A stretch of 64,000 nucleotides of DNA, from the NCBI GenBank assembly GCA_965202625.1, contig CBDBBI010000010.1, forward strand, positions 32,001-96,000, in the 5' to 3' direction. Of the stretch, positions 29,008-39,029 are shown piece by piece. The notes beneath the pieces were generated by a model, which saw only the letters and a list, made by a program, of their open reading frames with translations, ran no database searches and was not told the DNA's origin. This DNA is from a bacterium (GTDB taxonomy: Bacteria; UBA8248). The position numbers and the translations under genes were made by a program. Numbering within the stretch: the stretch's first letter is position 1; each line of letters opens with the position of its first letter.

Positions 29008-29760
29008 CTAGGTGTGTGCCAGGATGAATTTGATCACGAGGCTCGTGGCGATGAGAAAAAGCGCGGTGCGGATGAGGCGGAAGAAGAGTGCCTGATCGAT
29101 GCGCTCTCGAATGCGGATCCCCGCCCAGTAGCCGGCGTAGATGGGGACTATCGCCAGCAGTGCTTTGTCCAAACGGGGTTTGTCGTAGTGCCCCCGGAGC
29201 GAGAGGGTGAGGAGAATGACGAACATGCCCGTCGCGTTGAAGGCGTTCATCAGAAAGATGAAAGGGTTTTTGGGCAGCCTTAGCATAGAGAAGTAAATCG
29301 TGTTGACCGCGCCACTTATCGTGGTCGTCCCGTATACGAACCCCAGAATCGTGCCCATGAGGGTGCCCACGATTCTTTGAGAAACCGCCCGCAACTCCCT
29401 GAAAGAGGAGAGTCGACCCTCTACGAGCAGATACGCATACGCCATGAGGCCCATCATCAGGCGAATGACGTCGGGGTCTCCGAATCCGAGAAACCAGACG
29501 CCGATCGGTATGAATGCCAGGGCGCAGGCGAGATATAGCGCGATTTCCTTGATGGCGCGCCACTCTGTGCGAAGGCGGAGGGCGTCGGTGACGTTCGAGA
29601 GGAGGAGTGCCGGGACGAGGAGGGTGACGACGTCTCGGGGGTCGAGGAGAAGCGCGAGAAGCGGCGCGGACACCAGGGGCATGCCGAAGCCGATCGAGCC
29701 CTTGACGAAGCCTCCTAGGAGGAGGACGCAGCCGAGGAAAGTGATTTCAAAGTCGCTCAT
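29008..29760 (-). CDS. sulfite exporter TauE/SafE family protein
   Basis: GGFVKGSIGFGMPLVS, about 8 TM helices. Confidence 0.88.
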   Translation of the reverse strand: MSDFEITFLGCVLLLGGFVKGSIGFGMPLVSAPLLALLLDPRDVVTLLVPALLLSNVTDALRLRTEWRAIKEIALYLACALAFIPIGVWFLGFGDPDVIRLMMGLMAYAYLLVEGRLSSFRELRAVSQRIVGTLMGTILGFVYGTTTISGAVNTIYFSMLRLPKNPFIFLMNAFNATGMFVILLTLSLRGHYDKPRLDKALLAIVPIYAGYWAGIRIRERIDQALFFRLIRTALFLIATSLVIKFILAHT

Positions 29761-29909
29761 GGCGTCCTTACGAGAAAAGGAGGGGTTTGATCCCGAAACG
29801 TGATGGAAATAAGGGACGGCTGAGGACGCAGGAGACGGGGGAGAGCGCGACTCTTCTCAAGCGCGCGGCGTCCTCTCGATTCACGCGCTTCGTTCGCGCG
29901 AAACGCGCC

Positions 29910-30716
29910 TTAACCCGCGATGTCCTCGCCTCCGTCCACCCGAATCACGTCTCCCGTCATCCACTGTGTGCCCGAAGTCGCTAGGGCGGCGATCGCGTCG
30001 GCTACCCTCTGGGGCGTCGTCAGCTCCCCGTGCGGATTGACGCTTTTCGTGTGCGCGATCATCTCGGCGTTTCCGGGAATCTTGCGAAGGGCGGGGGTGT
30101 CCGTGACGCCGGCCTGAATGCTGTTCGCCGTGATGCCACTGGGCGCGAGCTCGACGGCGAGTTGGCGAACATGGCTCTCGAGCGCGGCCTTTGCCGCCGA
30201 CACGGCGCCATACGTTTTCCATATCCGGCGCCCGCCCGCGCTCGTCATGGCGTAGATGCGGCCTCCGCAGCCCATGAGGCCGCGCCGCACGAGTGACTGA
30301 GTCCAATACACCAGACTGTGCGCCATGACGTCCAGCGTCATCTCCATCTGCCGGGGAGTGAGGGCGTCTTTCTCGTCCTCGGCGATGTAGGGCTTGAGGG
30401 CGCCGAAGGCCAGGCTGTGGAGCAGGATTTGCACGCCACCTCTCGTCTTTTCTCCCAGGTGCTCCTGTATGCGATCCAGAACGCCCTTGCGCTCTTCCTG
30501 ACCCGCCGCGTTGACGTTGAAAAAGACGGCCTCGGCCCCGTTTTTCGTGATTTCCTCCTGAATGCGATTCGCGTTCGGCAGCGTGGCCTTCCTGTCCAGA
30601 TGAACGCCGAAGATGTTCATTCCCAGACGGGAGAGTCTGAGGGCGTTCGCCTCCCCAAAGCCGCTGCTGGCGCCCAAGATGAGCGCCCATCCTCCTTTCA
30701 TATCCGATTTCGACAC
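29910..30716 (-). CDS. SDR, enoyl-ACP reductase FabL-like
   Basis: LGASSGFG, HSLAFG, YGAVSAAKAALE, VTDTPAL; GTG start with AGGAG RBS. Confidence 0.85.
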   Translation of the reverse strand: MSKSDMKGGWALILGASSGFGEANALRLSRLGMNIFGVHLDRKATLPNANRIQEEITKNGAEAVFFNVNAAGQEERKGVLDRIQEHLGEKTRGGVQILLHSLAFGALKPYIAEDEKDALTPRQMEMTLDVMAHSLVYWTQSLVRRGLMGCGGRIYAMTSAGGRRIWKTYGAVSAAKAALESHVRQLAVELAPSGITANSIQAGVTDTPALRKIPGNAEMIAHTKSVNPHGELTTPQRVADAIAALATSGTQWMTGDVIRVDGGEDIAG

Positions 30717-30971
30717 GTCGTTTCTCTCCTTCTGGGCGATGTGGGTGGTCGGGCGCGCACCGTTTATAGCATATCCGCGCCGCCGTTGGGGCTGGGTCGG
30801 GAGAACGTCGGTGCGCGAACTCTCTGCTGAGAGAGAGCGTGAGCGTACGTCGCCGGAAAGTCCCCTCGGGACGCACTGATGAATACGTGAGAGTAAGTGC
30901 AAAAAAGGAAAATATACACAAAAAGGTGCAAAAACGTAGAATGGAAATGAAACGTTAAAATATTGAATTAT

Positions 30972-31856
30972 TCAGATTGATACTGAATTGACCGAGCGGA
31001 GCAGCGCGTCGACCGCACCGCTCAAGGGTGTGGAAATTCCATGCTTGGCACCCAACCGAACCACCGCGCCCGTCATGGCGTCCGCCTCGATCGCTCGCCC
31101 GGCCCTTCTGTCGACAAGCATGGAGGTGGTCGCATCAGGGTCTGCGTCCTGGAGGCGTTCAATGGTTCGCTCTGCGACGTCGTCCGCCAGCTTCGCGCCC
31201 TCGGCCCTGGCCACAGAAGCGCACTCGCTCACGAGCGCGCGGCAAAGCTCCGCCACCTTCGGCTCGCGCAACACGCCTCTGCCCCTGCCGGTCAGCGCAG
31301 TGGCGGGACCGGCGCCGACGTTGTTGCACAATTTCGACCAGGAAGCGGTCGTAAAATCAGAGGTCGGTCGCACGGGGACATCCGTGCCTGTATAGAGGGA
31401 CACGAGAAGCCGCGCTCCGTGTCCCTCTTCGGGAACAAGTTGAGCGCCTCCTTGCTGGACTACGTGTCCGGGTGCCAGTCTATCCGCTGGACAGTTCACC
31501 ACGACCGGGACGATCTCCGCTCCCCGGGCGTATGGCTTCACCCGTTCTTTGTGTTCCACCCCGTTTTGAAGAACGGCTATGACGGTGTTGGGCTCCACGA
31601 GCGTTTCCAGCCAATGCGCCACGTCTTTCGTTTGATGCCCCTTCACCGCAAGTATGACGCAGTCGACGGGCCCTACTTCCAATGGATCGGTCGCACACTT
31701 CACGGGGGATTCGATGACGGAACTCCGCGTTTCCACGATGAGCTTTTCAATGGGCTTTCGCACGCAGAGCGTAACGTCGTGCGCATCCGACCGACACAAC
31801 CGCGCCCCGAACACCCCGCCGATGGCGCCGACCCCCAACACAGCCACGCTGCCCAT
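30972..31856 (-). CDS. panE: ketopantoate reductase family
   Basis: GVGAIGG, LAVK, LQNG, WSKL, TSMLVD..GRAIE. Confidence 0.88.
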   Translation of the reverse strand: MGSVAVLGVGAIGGVFGARLCRSDAHDVTLCVRKPIEKLIVETRSSVIESPVKCATDPLEVGPVDCVILAVKGHQTKDVAHWLETLVEPNTVIAVLQNGVEHKERVKPYARGAEIVPVVVNCPADRLAPGHVVQQGGAQLVPEEGHGARLLVSLYTGTDVPVRPTSDFTTASWSKLCNNVGAGPATALTGRGRGVLREPKVAELCRALVSECASVARAEGAKLADDVAERTIERLQDADPDATTSMLVDRRAGRAIEADAMTGAVVRLGAKHGISTPLSGAVDALLRSVNSVSI

Positions 31857-31876
31857 CCATCATGCTCCATAGGAAT

Positions 31877-32791
31877 TCACGCGGAAACGGAACTATCCCT
31901 CCATGCCGCCAAAACGCATACGACGCCGGCCAAAGAGTCCCAGCCCGAAGTATGTCCGATGCGCGCTAGGGTGTGCAAAGCGGAACGCAGACGCGCTCCA
32001 TCTTTTCCGTCTGTCACCGAAATCATCTCGTGCAGGGCACCTGCTCCTTGCCCCTTGGCCGCGCACTCCAAATGCGCACGACTGATTTTATTCGTCCGTT
32101 CTTGGGCCTGATTCAATATGGCGTCGGATATCCTATCCAGCACCTCAAAACGCCTCAAGGCGCGCAACACTATCATCACGCCGCACAAAAAATCGTCTCC
32201 GGACGGCGTAAGCCCCGGACCAAGGCCGATGAGTCGTTGAGCGCCGAAGGGGAATTGCGGGCTCCTGTTGCCGCTCAGTGCATGGAACAGCCAATGCTTG
32301 AGGCCACAAATGCTTTTACGGGAAATTTCCTGAAAGGAATTCTCGCTTGAAATTTTCTCGTTGCTCACGATGTGGGGAATGAGTGGGCCCAATCCCTCTT
32401 GCGGGCCTCTGCGGGCTGTCCACTCGACGATAAACGGGAGGTTGCGCTTGAGTTGCTTGAAATTCAAGCCAGCGGAGAGCGGGGGTTTCCATTCTTTTGG
32501 TTGGAAGGCATCGATTCTGAATATTGGACCAAGTTGAATGAAACTGTTCTCGATCTTCGCAACGCTTCTGAGTGCCACTTTTTGTCTGAAATCCATATTC
32601 CATGAAAACTCACAAAGTACGTTCAACGGTCCTAGCCCGATGCTCCGGTCCCCGATACACGCAAGGTGCCCTTCCACATTTTCCAGGTATGCGCTTCTGC
32701 GAAACACGCTGATGGGTTTTGCTTCGCCTAGCGCGGCGAGAAATTTTTTCGCAAACGTCCCCACGAGAATCACTCGGGAGGCATTCCGCAT
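31877..32791 (-). CDS. DUF2877 (YlbF/YahE-like) protein
   Basis: LIGLGPGLTPSGDDFL and IGHTSGWD motifs. Confidence 0.85.
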   Translation of the reverse strand: MRNASRVILVGTFAKKFLAALGEAKPISVFRRSAYLENVEGHLACIGDRSIGLGPLNVLCEFSWNMDFRQKVALRSVAKIENSFIQLGPIFRIDAFQPKEWKPPLSAGLNFKQLKRNLPFIVEWTARRGPQEGLGPLIPHIVSNEKISSENSFQEISRKSICGLKHWLFHALSGNRSPQFPFGAQRLIGLGPGLTPSGDDFLCGVMIVLRALRRFEVLDRISDAILNQAQERTNKISRAHLECAAKGQGAGALHEMISVTDGKDGARLRSALHTLARIGHTSGWDSLAGVVCVLAAWRDSSVSA

Positions 32792-32856
32792 TCAATAAGC
32801 TCGCGTCAAGAGACAATGGCATGACTTCGGAATGAGAATCTCTTCATCCCTAACGC

Positions 32857-33192
32857 TCATTCGCAGTCGGCCCCTCTTTTCTCCTGCGCCGCGGCATCAG
32901 ACGGCGTGAGGGTTGCGGCGAAGTTTGGGTCCGCTTGTTGTTTCTCGACCAACGCGGCTATCTGCGAGAGCAGTGCCTCGCGTTTCATCAGACCCAAGCG
33001 ATAGATACCCATCGGGTTCACAAGTTTCATATAGTAGTGGTTGCCCGCGTCATACTCCGTCGCGCATGCGGAGGGCTTTTGAGCGATGGAAAGAGGCTTG
33101 TCAAAAGCATCCGCGAATCGAGCCAGTACTTCTTCATCATGCAAGTCCTCGGGAATTTCGGGGAATCTGGCCGCGAGTCCCTGGACGTTCAT
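32857..33192 (-). CDS. hypothetical protein
   Basis: 111 aa ORF with AAAGGAG RBS and globular composition. Confidence 0.75.
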   Translation of the reverse strand: MNVQGLAARFPEIPEDLHDEEVLARFADAFDKPLSIAQKPSACATEYDAGNHYYMKLVNPMGIYRLGLMKREALLSQIAALVEKQQADPNFAATLTPSDAAAQEKRGADCE

Positions 33193-33430
33193 CTTTTATA
33201 ACTCCTTTCGGGGGCGTCTTGTCTCGATCCCAATAAATAGAAGCCTATCACATTTCTCCTCATGCGGCACTGCGGGCCGACTCGAGTAGGGGACGTCCTC
33301 TCTGTCTCCATCATCCTTACTTCATGATCTTGGGTCGTCTGACGCTCCATCGTGCAAACTGAACGTTCATGTCTAACATCCCTTCTTACATGATGGTGAC
33401 GCCCCGCCCCCATCATCCAGAAATCTTTTC

Positions 33431-34177
33431 CTAATCTGTAAGGTACCCTCCGTTTACGTCCAGAGCCTCTCCAGTGATGTGCGCAGCTTCCTCGCTTGCC
33501 AGAAACAGTGTGACCGGTGTCAATTCCGAGGCCATGGCAAACCTTCCCATCGGGTGTTTCGCCAGCGCCTTATCGTAGGAATTCTGGTCAAACTCCCGCA
33601 TTAAAGACCCATCAATCGGTCCGGGGATTAGGCAATTTACTGTCACTTTGGTTTTCGCCAGTTCACGGGCGAGATTGAACGTCATCGCCAAAATGCCACC
33701 TTTTGAGGCGCCGTACGTGAGATTTTGGCCTAGTCCCCCTGATTTTCCGGCTCCGGAGCCATATAAAATAATGCGTCCCGCTGGAGAATTCTTGAGCGCG
33801 GGCATTGCCCATTGAATGCAAAAATAAGGTGCCAAAAGATTCACGCGAAGTGCGCGTGCCCAATCACGCTCATCAAGCGAAAGGGGGTTTTTCACCAGCA
33901 TGCTCGCCGCCGCATGGACGAAGACGTCACATCCGCCCAGCCATGTGAGCGCTTCTTTCATCATATCTTTCGTCTCATCGAGATTTTCTAAATCACAGGG
34001 TATTTTTCTGATCATCTCCTCGGCACCCGGGATGAGACGCAATTTTCTCGCATTTCGCCCCGTAGCGATGAGCTTCGCGCCTGCATCCAAAAACTCCCGA
34101 ACGAGCGCTTTTCCTACGTCTCCTGTCGCTCCGGTGAGGATCGTTCTTTTGCCTCGAAAATCAAAATGAAGCGCCAT
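33431..34177 (-). CDS. SDR family oxidoreductase (FabG-like)
   Basis: TGATGDVG, YGASKGG, HPMGR, ITGEALDVNGG. Confidence 0.9.
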   Translation of the reverse strand: MALHFDFRGKRTILTGATGDVGKALVREFLDAGAKLIATGRNARKLRLIPGAEEMIRKIPCDLENLDETKDMMKEALTWLGGCDVFVHAAASMLVKNPLSLDERDWARALRVNLLAPYFCIQWAMPALKNSPAGRIILYGSGAGKSGGLGQNLTYGASKGGILAMTFNLARELAKTKVTVNCLIPGPIDGSLMREFDQNSYDKALAKHPMGRFAMASELTPVTLFLASEEAAHITGEALDVNGGYLTD

Positions 34178-34330
34178 ACCGGTTGCCTTAAAAACGGCAC
34201 GCTCACTTTAGGCGCGCACCCAGCCTTGATATATGCGATAAGATACAATATTGACTTAACGTTGGCATTCCTTGTGGGGAATCCTCCCGCATGCACTCTA
34301 TGCGCAATGGGAACGCCTTGGAGAACGACC

Positions 34331-35596
34331 ATGAATTTGTTTGATGAGCTCAAAACCCGCGGCTTGGTCCATGATCATACGGATCAGACGACCTTGCGGA
34401 GCGCCCTTGAAAAATGTGTAATGGGCGTTTATTGCGGCTTCGACCCCACGGCCGACAGTTTGCATGTCGGAAACTTGGTTCCCATTGCGGGACTCATGCG
34501 TTTTCAGCGCGTTGGCCACCGGCCAATTGTGCTCATGGGCGGCGGAACCGGTATGATAGGAGATCCATCGGGGAAGTCAGAAGAAAGAAACTTTTTGAAC
34601 GCAGAAGTCCTGGAGCGCAACCTCAAGGGAATCAGATCCCAGCTGGAGAGGCTTCTGGATTTCGACGCCGGCTCCAATACCGCGCACATGGTGAACAACG
34701 CGGAATGGTTGAAAAAATCTCTTCTCATCGATTTTTTTCGCCACATAGGCAAGCATTTTTCCGTCGGTTATATGTTGGCGAAAGAATCCGTCAAATCGCG
34801 CATCACCGAGACAGGAATATCATACACCGAGTTCAGTTACATGGTGCTTCAGGCGTATGATTTTTTGCACCTTTTCGAAAAGGAGAATTGCGCTTTACAA
34901 ATCGGTGGATCTGATCAATGGGGCAACATCACGGCCGGCATCGAGCTGATTCGGCGGGTCCATGGAAAACCTGCATATGGAATGACGTTTCCGCTCATCA
35001 CGACTTCTGACGGTAAAAAATTCGGCAAGACGGAACAGGGAAACATTTGGCTGGACCCGGAACGGACCAGTCCCTACCGGTTCTCCCAATACTGGATTCA
35101 GACAGACGATAGGGATGTCGGCAGGTTTCTGAGATATCTCACCTTTTTGTCGATTGATGAGATTGATGAAATAGAGAGAGAACATCTCAAATCCCCGGAG
35201 AAACGGGAAGGACAAAGCCGTCTCGCCAGGGAGTTGACAACGCTTGTCCATGGAGCCGTCGCGGCACGGTGTGCCGAACGCGCCGCCCAGATTCTTTTTG
35301 GAGCCGAGCTCGACGGCATTGAGGAAAAGGATTTGCTTTCGGCGGCGGAAGAGATGCCGAGAACCTTAAAATCAGGCGCACCGCCTTATCGACTCGTGGA
35401 CACTCTGGTGGAAACCGGACTTTGCAAGTCTAAATCTCTGGCGCGAAAAGACCTGCAAGGCGGCGGCATCTACGTGAACAATCAACGCGTTACGGCAGAG
35501 GAGAGCATGCTATCCGCTAATCATATATTGTTTGGTCAATATATCATGCTTCGGAAGGGGAAAAAGAATTATCATCTCATTGAATGTCGTCAATAA
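34331..35596 (+). CDS. tyrS: tyrosine--tRNA ligase
   Basis: YCGFDPTADSLHVGN, QIGGSDQWGNI, KFGKT, C-terminal S4 domain. Confidence 0.98.
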   Translation: MNLFDELKTRGLVHDHTDQTTLRSALEKCVMGVYCGFDPTADSLHVGNLVPIAGLMRFQRVGHRPIVLMGGGTGMIGDPSGKSEERNFLNAEVLERNLKGIRSQLERLLDFDAGSNTAHMVNNAEWLKKSLLIDFFRHIGKHFSVGYMLAKESVKSRITETGISYTEFSYMVLQAYDFLHLFEKENCALQIGGSDQWGNITAGIELIRRVHGKPAYGMTFPLITTSDGKKFGKTEQGNIWLDPERTSPYRFSQYWIQTDDRDVGRFLRYLTFLSIDEIDEIEREHLKSPEKREGQSRLARELTTLVHGAVAARCAERAAQILFGAELDGIEEKDLLSAAEEMPRTLKSGAPPYRLVDTLVETGLCKSKSLARKDLQGGGIYVNNQRVTAEESMLSANHILFGQYIMLRKGKKNYHLIECRQ

Positions 35597-35730
35597 GCGG
35601 ATACATAAATTGGTGTTCGCCATGTCCGCAGGGGGCGAGCGCGTCCTTTTGAAAGCCCGGAGATGGCTAGGATGGAGATGGATTCGTGCTTCGCCCGATG
35701 TTTCGGATTTGATGAAGTAAGAATTCAGAT

Positions 35731-37008
35731 ATGAATCCGCAAGGAAGTCCGTCTCAGGTCGAATATCATCAACTCCCTCCCGAGTTCCACCGGTGGAAAT
35801 GGCGCGTTCTCGTCGCTTTTTGCGTTTTCTACGCCTTCAACTATTTAGGCAGATTCAACTTCAGTCTGGTGCAATACGCCGTCATTCAGGATCTAGGCAT
35901 TACGCGAGTGGACACTGGATGGATCAATTCATGGATGTTCTGGGGTTTCGCTCTCGGTGATTTGATTTTTGGGCGCATCGCGGAAAAAGTGGGCTACCGC
36001 AACACTATTCTCTTTGCCGCAATTACCACGTCTTTGTTCAACTTCATCGCAAGTTTTGGAAATTCCGTTTCCACGCTTGCCATACCCTGGGCGGTGGTCG
36101 GTTTTGTAAATGCGGCTACGTGGGGCCCAGGTCTTGGACTCGTGGCGCAGTGGTGGCCCAAGCGCGAGCGGGGCCAAGCTATCGGGCTCGTCGGAACAGC
36201 CGCCGGAATCGCGCTCCTCATCGTTTGGGCGATCGTGCCTTGGGTGGCCGCTCAATTTGGGTGGAGGGCCGCTATTCGCTATCCCCCCATGGTCATTGCT
36301 CTCATGGGGCTCATTTTTTATTTCATCGCAAGAGACAAGCCTGCGGAACTGGACCTCCCTGAATATAAGGAGTTGGACGACGTATCCCGAAAAGCGGAAG
36401 CGGCGGGCAGCGAGAGCGAACGTGGGTTAAAGGCGTATTACCACTTAATGACCAATTTTCGTTTCTTTTTGGCGTGCCACGTTAAAGGGCTGGATAATGT
36501 GGTGCGCTATGGCATTGTTTCATGGGCGCCTTTGTATTACGCCCAGGCGGGTGGGTTCAACCTGAAACAAATGGGTTTGCTCACTTTCGCCTATCCTTTG
36601 GGATATTTGTTCGGCCCCATATTCGGCGGCGTCGTCTCTGATCGATTCTTTAAGAGCAACCGCTCCATCGTCATCATACTCGCCGCTTTTCTGAGCACCG
36701 CCGCGATGATGGGCATCGCTTACGCGCCGGCCGATAATATTCCTGTCGCCGTCATCCTATTGATCGCAGGCGGATTTTGCGTCAACATGTCTACCGTACA
36801 AGCACTGGGAGTAGATTTGGCCGGGAGGCGCCTTGCCGGAACAGCGGCGGGTGTCTTGGACGCGCACGGCTATATCTATGGTGCGCTTCAAGCCGTATTT
36901 TTTGGATGGCTATCTCTCGCCGTCTCAAACGGATGGTTCTGGGTGTTCACTGTCATGGCGGTCAGCCGACTCATCGCCGTCGCTCTCGTTTGGAGAGTAA
37001 GAGCGTAA
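35731..37008 (+). CDS. MFS transporter (OPA/GlpT-like)
   Basis: YLGRFNFS, QWWPKRERG, 12 TM helices. Confidence 0.9.
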   Translation: MNPQGSPSQVEYHQLPPEFHRWKWRVLVAFCVFYAFNYLGRFNFSLVQYAVIQDLGITRVDTGWINSWMFWGFALGDLIFGRIAEKVGYRNTILFAAITTSLFNFIASFGNSVSTLAIPWAVVGFVNAATWGPGLGLVAQWWPKRERGQAIGLVGTAAGIALLIVWAIVPWVAAQFGWRAAIRYPPMVIALMGLIFYFIARDKPAELDLPEYKELDDVSRKAEAAGSESERGLKAYYHLMTNFRFFLACHVKGLDNVVRYGIVSWAPLYYAQAGGFNLKQMGLLTFAYPLGYLFGPIFGGVVSDRFFKSNRSIVIILAAFLSTAAMMGIAYAPADNIPVAVILLIAGGFCVNMSTVQALGVDLAGRRLAGTAAGVLDAHGYIYGALQAVFFGWLSLAVSNGWFWVFTVMAVSRLIAVALVWRVRA

Positions 37009-37176
37009 AGCACGCGCTTTTTTCTGGAGCAAGCGTCCGAGAGAAAACAGGATGACCGCGGAGCCTAAAATGACCAGCTGGATGGCGTAGGCTGAGGGGT
37101 TCGATACGCCAACGAGCAAAGCGATGCCGCAATCCACCATGGCAAGAATTTGAAGAGCGCGCCCCAAGCCATACAT
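36925..37176 (-). CDS. small two-TM membrane protein
   Basis: ATG overlaps the aminotransferase stop (TGATG); two hydrophobic helices. Confidence 0.55.
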   Translation of the reverse strand: MYGLGRALQILAMVDCGIALLVGVSNPSAYAIQLVILGSAVILFSLGRLLQKKARALRSYSPNESDGDESADRHDSEHPEPSV

Positions 37177-38372
37177 CAGCCAAGCTGTCCGAGTGCCGCT
37201 CTGATGCGCTTGATGCCTTCTGTTACGTTTGCCAAGGAAGTCGCATACGAGAAACGGATATAGGCGTCATTTCCAAACCCCGCCCCCGGAACGCCTGCGC
37301 ATCGCGCATGTTCAAGCAAATACAGTCCTACGTCCATTGAATTTTTCAACTCTCCTTTTGGCCCCTGACGCCCAAAAACGTCGCTTACCCTCGGAAAGGC
37401 GTAAAAGGCGCCTTTGGGGTTTACGACGCGTAGTCCTTCAATGCTGTTGAATCCCTTCACAATCGCCTTTCGTCTTTCATCGTATTGCGACAGCCATTCT
37501 TCCAGAAATGCATGTGATCCTCGCAGGGCCGCAATCCCGCCATGCTGAGCGAAGGAAGTGACGTTGCTCGTGCTTTGCCCTTGCAAAGTATCCATAGCAT
37601 TGATGATTTCCGGCATCGTGAGCGTATATCCCATCCGCCATCCCGTCATCGCATACGTCTTTGAAAATCCATCCAAAACCAGGGTGCGCGCTTTCATTTC
37701 GGGAGACAAACTGGCGATGGATACGTGCTCCTCCCCATCGTAGGTAATTTTTCCATAAATCTCATCAGACATGACCAAGGCGTCTGTGGACGAAACGACC
37801 TCGGCGATCGCCTCTAGTTCCTCACGGCTATAAACGCAGCCCGAAGGATTGCACGGGCTGTTGATCACCACGATTCTTGTGCGTGGGGATAGAACTTCGC
37901 GTAATTCCTCGGCCGTCATCTTGTGCCCGTTTTCCTCGCTTGTTTGCACCAAGATGGCTCTGGCTCCGGTCAAGGTGGCGATGGGTTCGTATGCCACCCA
38001 TATGGGCGCGGGTATGACGACCTCATCGCCCTGCTCGACGAGGACGTGCAGAGCGTTGAATACCGATTGCTTCCCGCCTACGGTGACGATCGCCTCCGTT
38101 TTGGGGTCATAGTTAAGGCCTTTATGCTCCTTGACCCAATCGCAAATCGCCTCTCTTAAGGGAAGCGTGCCCCGAACCGCCGTGTATTTCGTAGCCCCAT
38201 CACGCAACCCCCGAATAGCGCCTTCTTTGACGTGCTCTGGCGTATCAAAATCAGGCTCCCCTGCGGCGAACGAGATGACGTCAATGCCTTGCGCTTTCAT
38301 TTCCGCCGCTTTCGTATTCATCGCCAGGGTCGGAATAGGGGCCAGTTCGTTCATTCTGGATGCGAAACGCAT
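37176..38372 (-). CDS. aspC: class I/II PLP aminotransferase (aspartate aminotransferase type)
   Basis: GEPDFDTP, NSPCNPSG, SDEIY, GFSKTYAMTGWRMGY. Confidence 0.92.
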   Translation of the reverse strand: MRFASRMNELAPIPTLAMNTKAAEMKAQGIDVISFAAGEPDFDTPEHVKEGAIRGLRDGATKYTAVRGTLPLREAICDWVKEHKGLNYDPKTEAIVTVGGKQSVFNALHVLVEQGDEVVIPAPIWVAYEPIATLTGARAILVQTSEENGHKMTAEELREVLSPRTRIVVINSPCNPSGCVYSREELEAIAEVVSSTDALVMSDEIYGKITYDGEEHVSIASLSPEMKARTLVLDGFSKTYAMTGWRMGYTLTMPEIINAMDTLQGQSTSNVTSFAQHGGIAALRGSHAFLEEWLSQYDERRKAIVKGFNSIEGLRVVNPKGAFYAFPRVSDVFGRQGPKGELKNSMDVGLYLLEHARCAGVPGAGFGNDAYIRFSYATSLANVTEGIKRIRAALGQLG

Positions 38373-38404
38373 GAATAACTCCAAGGTACAAGGTAAAGAA
38401 TGCG

Positions 38405-38890
38405 TTAGACGCGAAATCGCTCGCTGAGCGCCTCTCGAACGGATAAAGATACGTGCTCACTCACGTCTCCTCCGAGTGAGGCGACTTCTTTAATGAGGCT
38501 GGAGCTTAAGAAACTGTATTGTTCACTGGGCATCAAGAAAATTGTTTCAATCTCCTCGTTCAGCCTTCTGTTCATGAGCGTCATTTGCATTTCGTAATCA
38601 AAATCGCTCACGGCGCGAAGGCCACGGATGATGGTCTGGGCGCCCACCTTGAGAGCGAAATCCACGAGCAGCGCGCGCTCAAAACTCATGACCTCCAGTT
38701 GACTTGAACCACTGAATTCTTCTATGAAAAATTTTTTCCGCTCCTCAAAACTGAACAGAGGCTCTTTGGATGGGTGAGCGGAAATGGCCACGGTGACCCT
38801 GGCGAAAAGTTTCTCGCTCCTGCGAACAACGTCGAAATGCCCTTTTGTTGGGGGGTCGAACGTTCCTGGATATAGCGCATGTTTCTTCAT
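38405..38890 (-). CDS. coaD: pantetheine-phosphate adenylyltransferase
   Basis: YPGTFDPPTKGH, RGLRAVSDFDYE, SSSLIKE. Confidence 0.97.
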   Translation of the reverse strand: MKKHALYPGTFDPPTKGHFDVVRRSEKLFARVTVAISAHPSKEPLFSFEERKKFFIEEFSGSSQLEVMSFERALLVDFALKVGAQTIIRGLRAVSDFDYEMQMTLMNRRLNEEIETIFLMPSEQYSFLSSSLIKEVASLGGDVSEHVSLSVREALSERFRV

Positions 38891-39029
38891 GAAAACAAAC
38901 CCTCATCAGGAACGCGAAAATTTCCCTTCCCAAGGAAAGGGTTTTTGTCTTCCGCGTCAAAGCTAGTCTCTTTGGATAGCTCATGTCAACTTGAAAGCGG
39001 TTGTGGGCAAACGGAACGTCTCATTATCC

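Noticed and set aside
32857-32859. TGA after GADCE read as Sec read-through
   Set aside because: No convincing SECIS hairpin downstream, and the extension looks non-coding.
34180-34330. T-box leader before tyrS
   Set aside because: The region is too short and lacks a T-box consensus.
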